A DNA stretch of 64,000 nucleotides from Octopus sinensis (Eukaryota): contig NC_043022.1 of the NCBI RefSeq assembly GCF_006345805.1, positions 9,672,001 through 9,736,000 on the forward strand, given 5' to 3'. The position numbers and the translations under genes were made by a program. The notes under the pieces are model-generated. The model was not told the DNA's origin, searched no databases, and worked only from the letters and a program-made list of their open reading frames with translations. Below are positions 61,426-64,000 of the stretch, piece by piece (within the stretch, counting starts at the first letter, position 1; every line of letters begins with the position of its first letter).

Positions 61426-62798
61426 TCAAGTCTGTTTTCGCATGGTTTCTACAGTTAGGTGACCTTCCAAGTGCCAACCACTTTACAAAGTGTACTTGGT
61501 GCTTTTACACAGCACTGGCATGAGTACAATTATGTGGCACTGGTTTTGGGTGCATTTTACGTGGCACCAGCACCCATGAACCTTCAAGATTAGGAATGCT
61601 CAGCTGGAGAGGGATGCAGGAGACAAGCCTGAATGCAAAGATAACCATTCTTTTACCTAGCTTGATATATCTTTTCAAGCACAGCAAACCGCTAGGAGTT
61701 TTGGTCCCTCGTCACCCCCTCTGTGAGTCCCAACATCTGTAGATCCTTTCTCACCACATTGTCCCATGTCTTCCTGGGTCTACCCCTTCCACATGTTCTC
61801 TCTACAATTAGAAATCAGCACCTCTTGATGCAACTGTCTTCCACATTCCCAATATTTTTCTTTTCAACCACTCGAGTGACTTGGGACCTATGAAAGGAAA
61901 GATTAATATTACTCAGAACATATGAAACAAAGATTAACTAAAAGTCTGAAAATAAGCATGGATGTTGAGGACAGACTTATGAATATGATTAGGACAAGCA
62001 AAGAGTTAAATATATATTTTATACAATTCCATGTCTTATACTTAGGGTAAAAAAAAAAGAGAAATAGGGTAACATTAAGTTTTCAGAAGAAATTATCACT
62101 ATTGCTTCTAATATCTTATTAAATAAGATATGTTATCAAGGATAATATTATTTGATCCACTGTAGTAGGGACTCAGCCATATGGATAACAAAACATGAAA
62201 TACAGTTATTCACTCTCAAAATGAATATGGAGGAGTTGGGCCTCATAGAGGCAACGACAAGTGACTGAGACCTTTGGCGATATGCCATGTTTGAGAAGAA
62301 CTGTTAAGCTGAGTGAAACTGTTGTTGTGGCCGATGTTGGTGTCATGTAATAGGCACCTGTTCTGGTGGCACGTAGAAAGGATCCTTTGAACGTTGGGCC
62401 TCATTGAGGTGGTAAATGACAGATCTTTGGCGATACGCTGTGCTTGAGAAGAGACGTCTTGCCAGGTGACATCATAGCTGTAACCGATGCTGGTGGCATG
62501 TAAAAAGCACCATTCGAACATTGGGCCACATGGAAATGATAAGTGACTGGGACTCTTGGCAATATGCTGTGCTTCAGTAGAGTTGTCAAGGCAAGTGAAA
62601 CTGTAGTTGTGGCTGATGCTGGCACCTGTGCTGGTGGAATATAACTGACACCTGTGCTGGTGGAACGTAAAAAGCACCCATTACATTCTCGAAGTGGTTG
62701 GTGTTTGGAAGGGCATCCAGTTGCAGAAACCATACCAAATCAGATTGTGGCCTGGTGCAGCTCTGCAGTTTACCAGTTTTCAATCAAACCGACCAACC

Positions 62799-63366
62799 TA
62801 GTGGTTCTCAACTGGGGTCCATATAAGATTTTTGGGGTCCACGCAACAGAATATTAAATTAGGGATTCACAACAGTATTTTAAGAGCCCCCTGAAAATAT
62901 TTTGCTTTAGATTTATGTATTGGTATGTATTGCAAGAAACAGCTGTTTTTTTTCTTTAATGCTTTACATAGTTCAACCTACACAAGTTAATGGGTGACAA
63001 ACAAAATAGGAATTTCTAAAGAAGTTTCTATAAAACTAGTTTCTAAACATTGAATGGCTATGGGAGTCCACCAGAATAAAATAAAAATCAAAAGTGTCCA
63101 TAGGTAAAAAATAGTTGAGAACCTGAAGAAATTTTGCTTTAGATATATGTATTGGTATTAATTGCAAGAAACAGTGAGGATTCTTTCTCTAATGTTTTAC
63201 ATAGTTCAACCTACACAAGTTAGTGTGTGAATAACAAAATAGGAATTTTGAAAGAAGTTTCTGTAAAACAAGGTTTTCAACAATGGATGGCTGTGGGGGT
63301 CCACCAGAGTAAAATAGTAATCAAAGGGGTCCATAGATAAAAAAACAAAATGGTTGAGAATCCCTG
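62799..63366. mobile_element. hAT-like MITE with internal duplication
   Basis: TAGTGGTTCTCAAC...GTTGAGAATCCCTG; right half duplicated (~62890-63125 vs 63125-63366); a related copy at ~1286-1619. Confidence 0.6.
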
Positions 63367-64000
63367 GTCTAACCCATGCCAGCATGGAAAACAGATGCTA
63401 AATAATAATGATGATGATGATGATTTCTGTATTGGATAAAACAATTCCCACCCCCCTTAACCCTCTTCTTGTCCTGTGTATCACGTGATACACAGGACAT
63501 ATTCTCCTGGTATAAATGCCCGATATAAATGATATGCAGGACACACGTCCCTAGAGTCCATGCATCATATATGATACACATTCTCAATTTTCTTCAACCA
63601 AAAGTGTAATTTAGACCTTATAAAAGGAAAACTCTGTATTATTCAGAACATATGAAACATGGGCAAACTAAAAGTTTGAAAACAAGCATGGATCTTTAGG
63701 AAAATGTTTAAAAAAGGTACTATGAGAACAGAAACTAACAATTTTGCTTTAGTTCAATGCTATGATCCCATCACCTACTTTGTACTTTATTTGATTGGCC
63801 CTGAAGGGGGACAGGCATGGTTGACCTATAAATGATTCCACATTCTCAATTTTCTTCATCCAACAAACTAAGCTGGAACTTATAAAAGAAAGGCTTTATA
63901 TTACTCAGAACACACAAAACATGGGCAAACTTAAAGTTTGCAGATGACCACAGACCTTTAGGAAAACATTTAAAAAAGTATTATGGGAACAAAGGGTGGC

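Noticed and set aside
58743-61477. Three overlapping 829-887 aa ORFs on the minus strand
   Set aside because: They translate the 67-bp tandem array; the unit lacks stop codons on that strand and cycles through all frames.
38146-64000. Further canonical EPS15 exons (rest of coiled coil, DPF repeats, UIMs)
   Set aside because: No AG/GT-bounded segment encoding the expected sequence was found by eye; the next exon probably lies beyond the window, though a short one could be missed.

Overview
Eukaryotic, AT-rich, microsatellite-dense DNA. The SINE/LINE families look like those of an octopus or other coleoid cephalopod (inferred from recalled repeat families, not database-checked). The + strand carries seven internal coding exons of an EPS15/EPS15L1 orthologue (end of EH2, EH3, start of the coiled coil; 378-38145); the rest of the gene lies outside the window or was not found. 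Its ~23.9-kb third visible intron contains a complete six-exon antisense gene (29920->16036, 487 aa). That gene encodes signal peptide - Ig - WxxWxxCxxCG segment - Ig - TM, is FAM187A-like, and has a candidate RFX X-box upstream. The rest is transposon-derived: several tRNA-SINE families, RTE and R4/Dong-like LINE remnants, mariner, piggyBac-like and hAT MITEs, a Helitron, long foldback palindromes, and three tandem arrays (20, 28, 67 bp) that each grew from inside a transposon. The least expected signal is four different Penelope-type minimal hammerhead-ribozyme motifs (five copies). One (21379-21469) has an intact catalytic core and is sense to the EPS15 pre-mRNA. No CRISPR array, rRNA or true tRNA gene is present. 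Coordinates of degenerate repeats are approximate.
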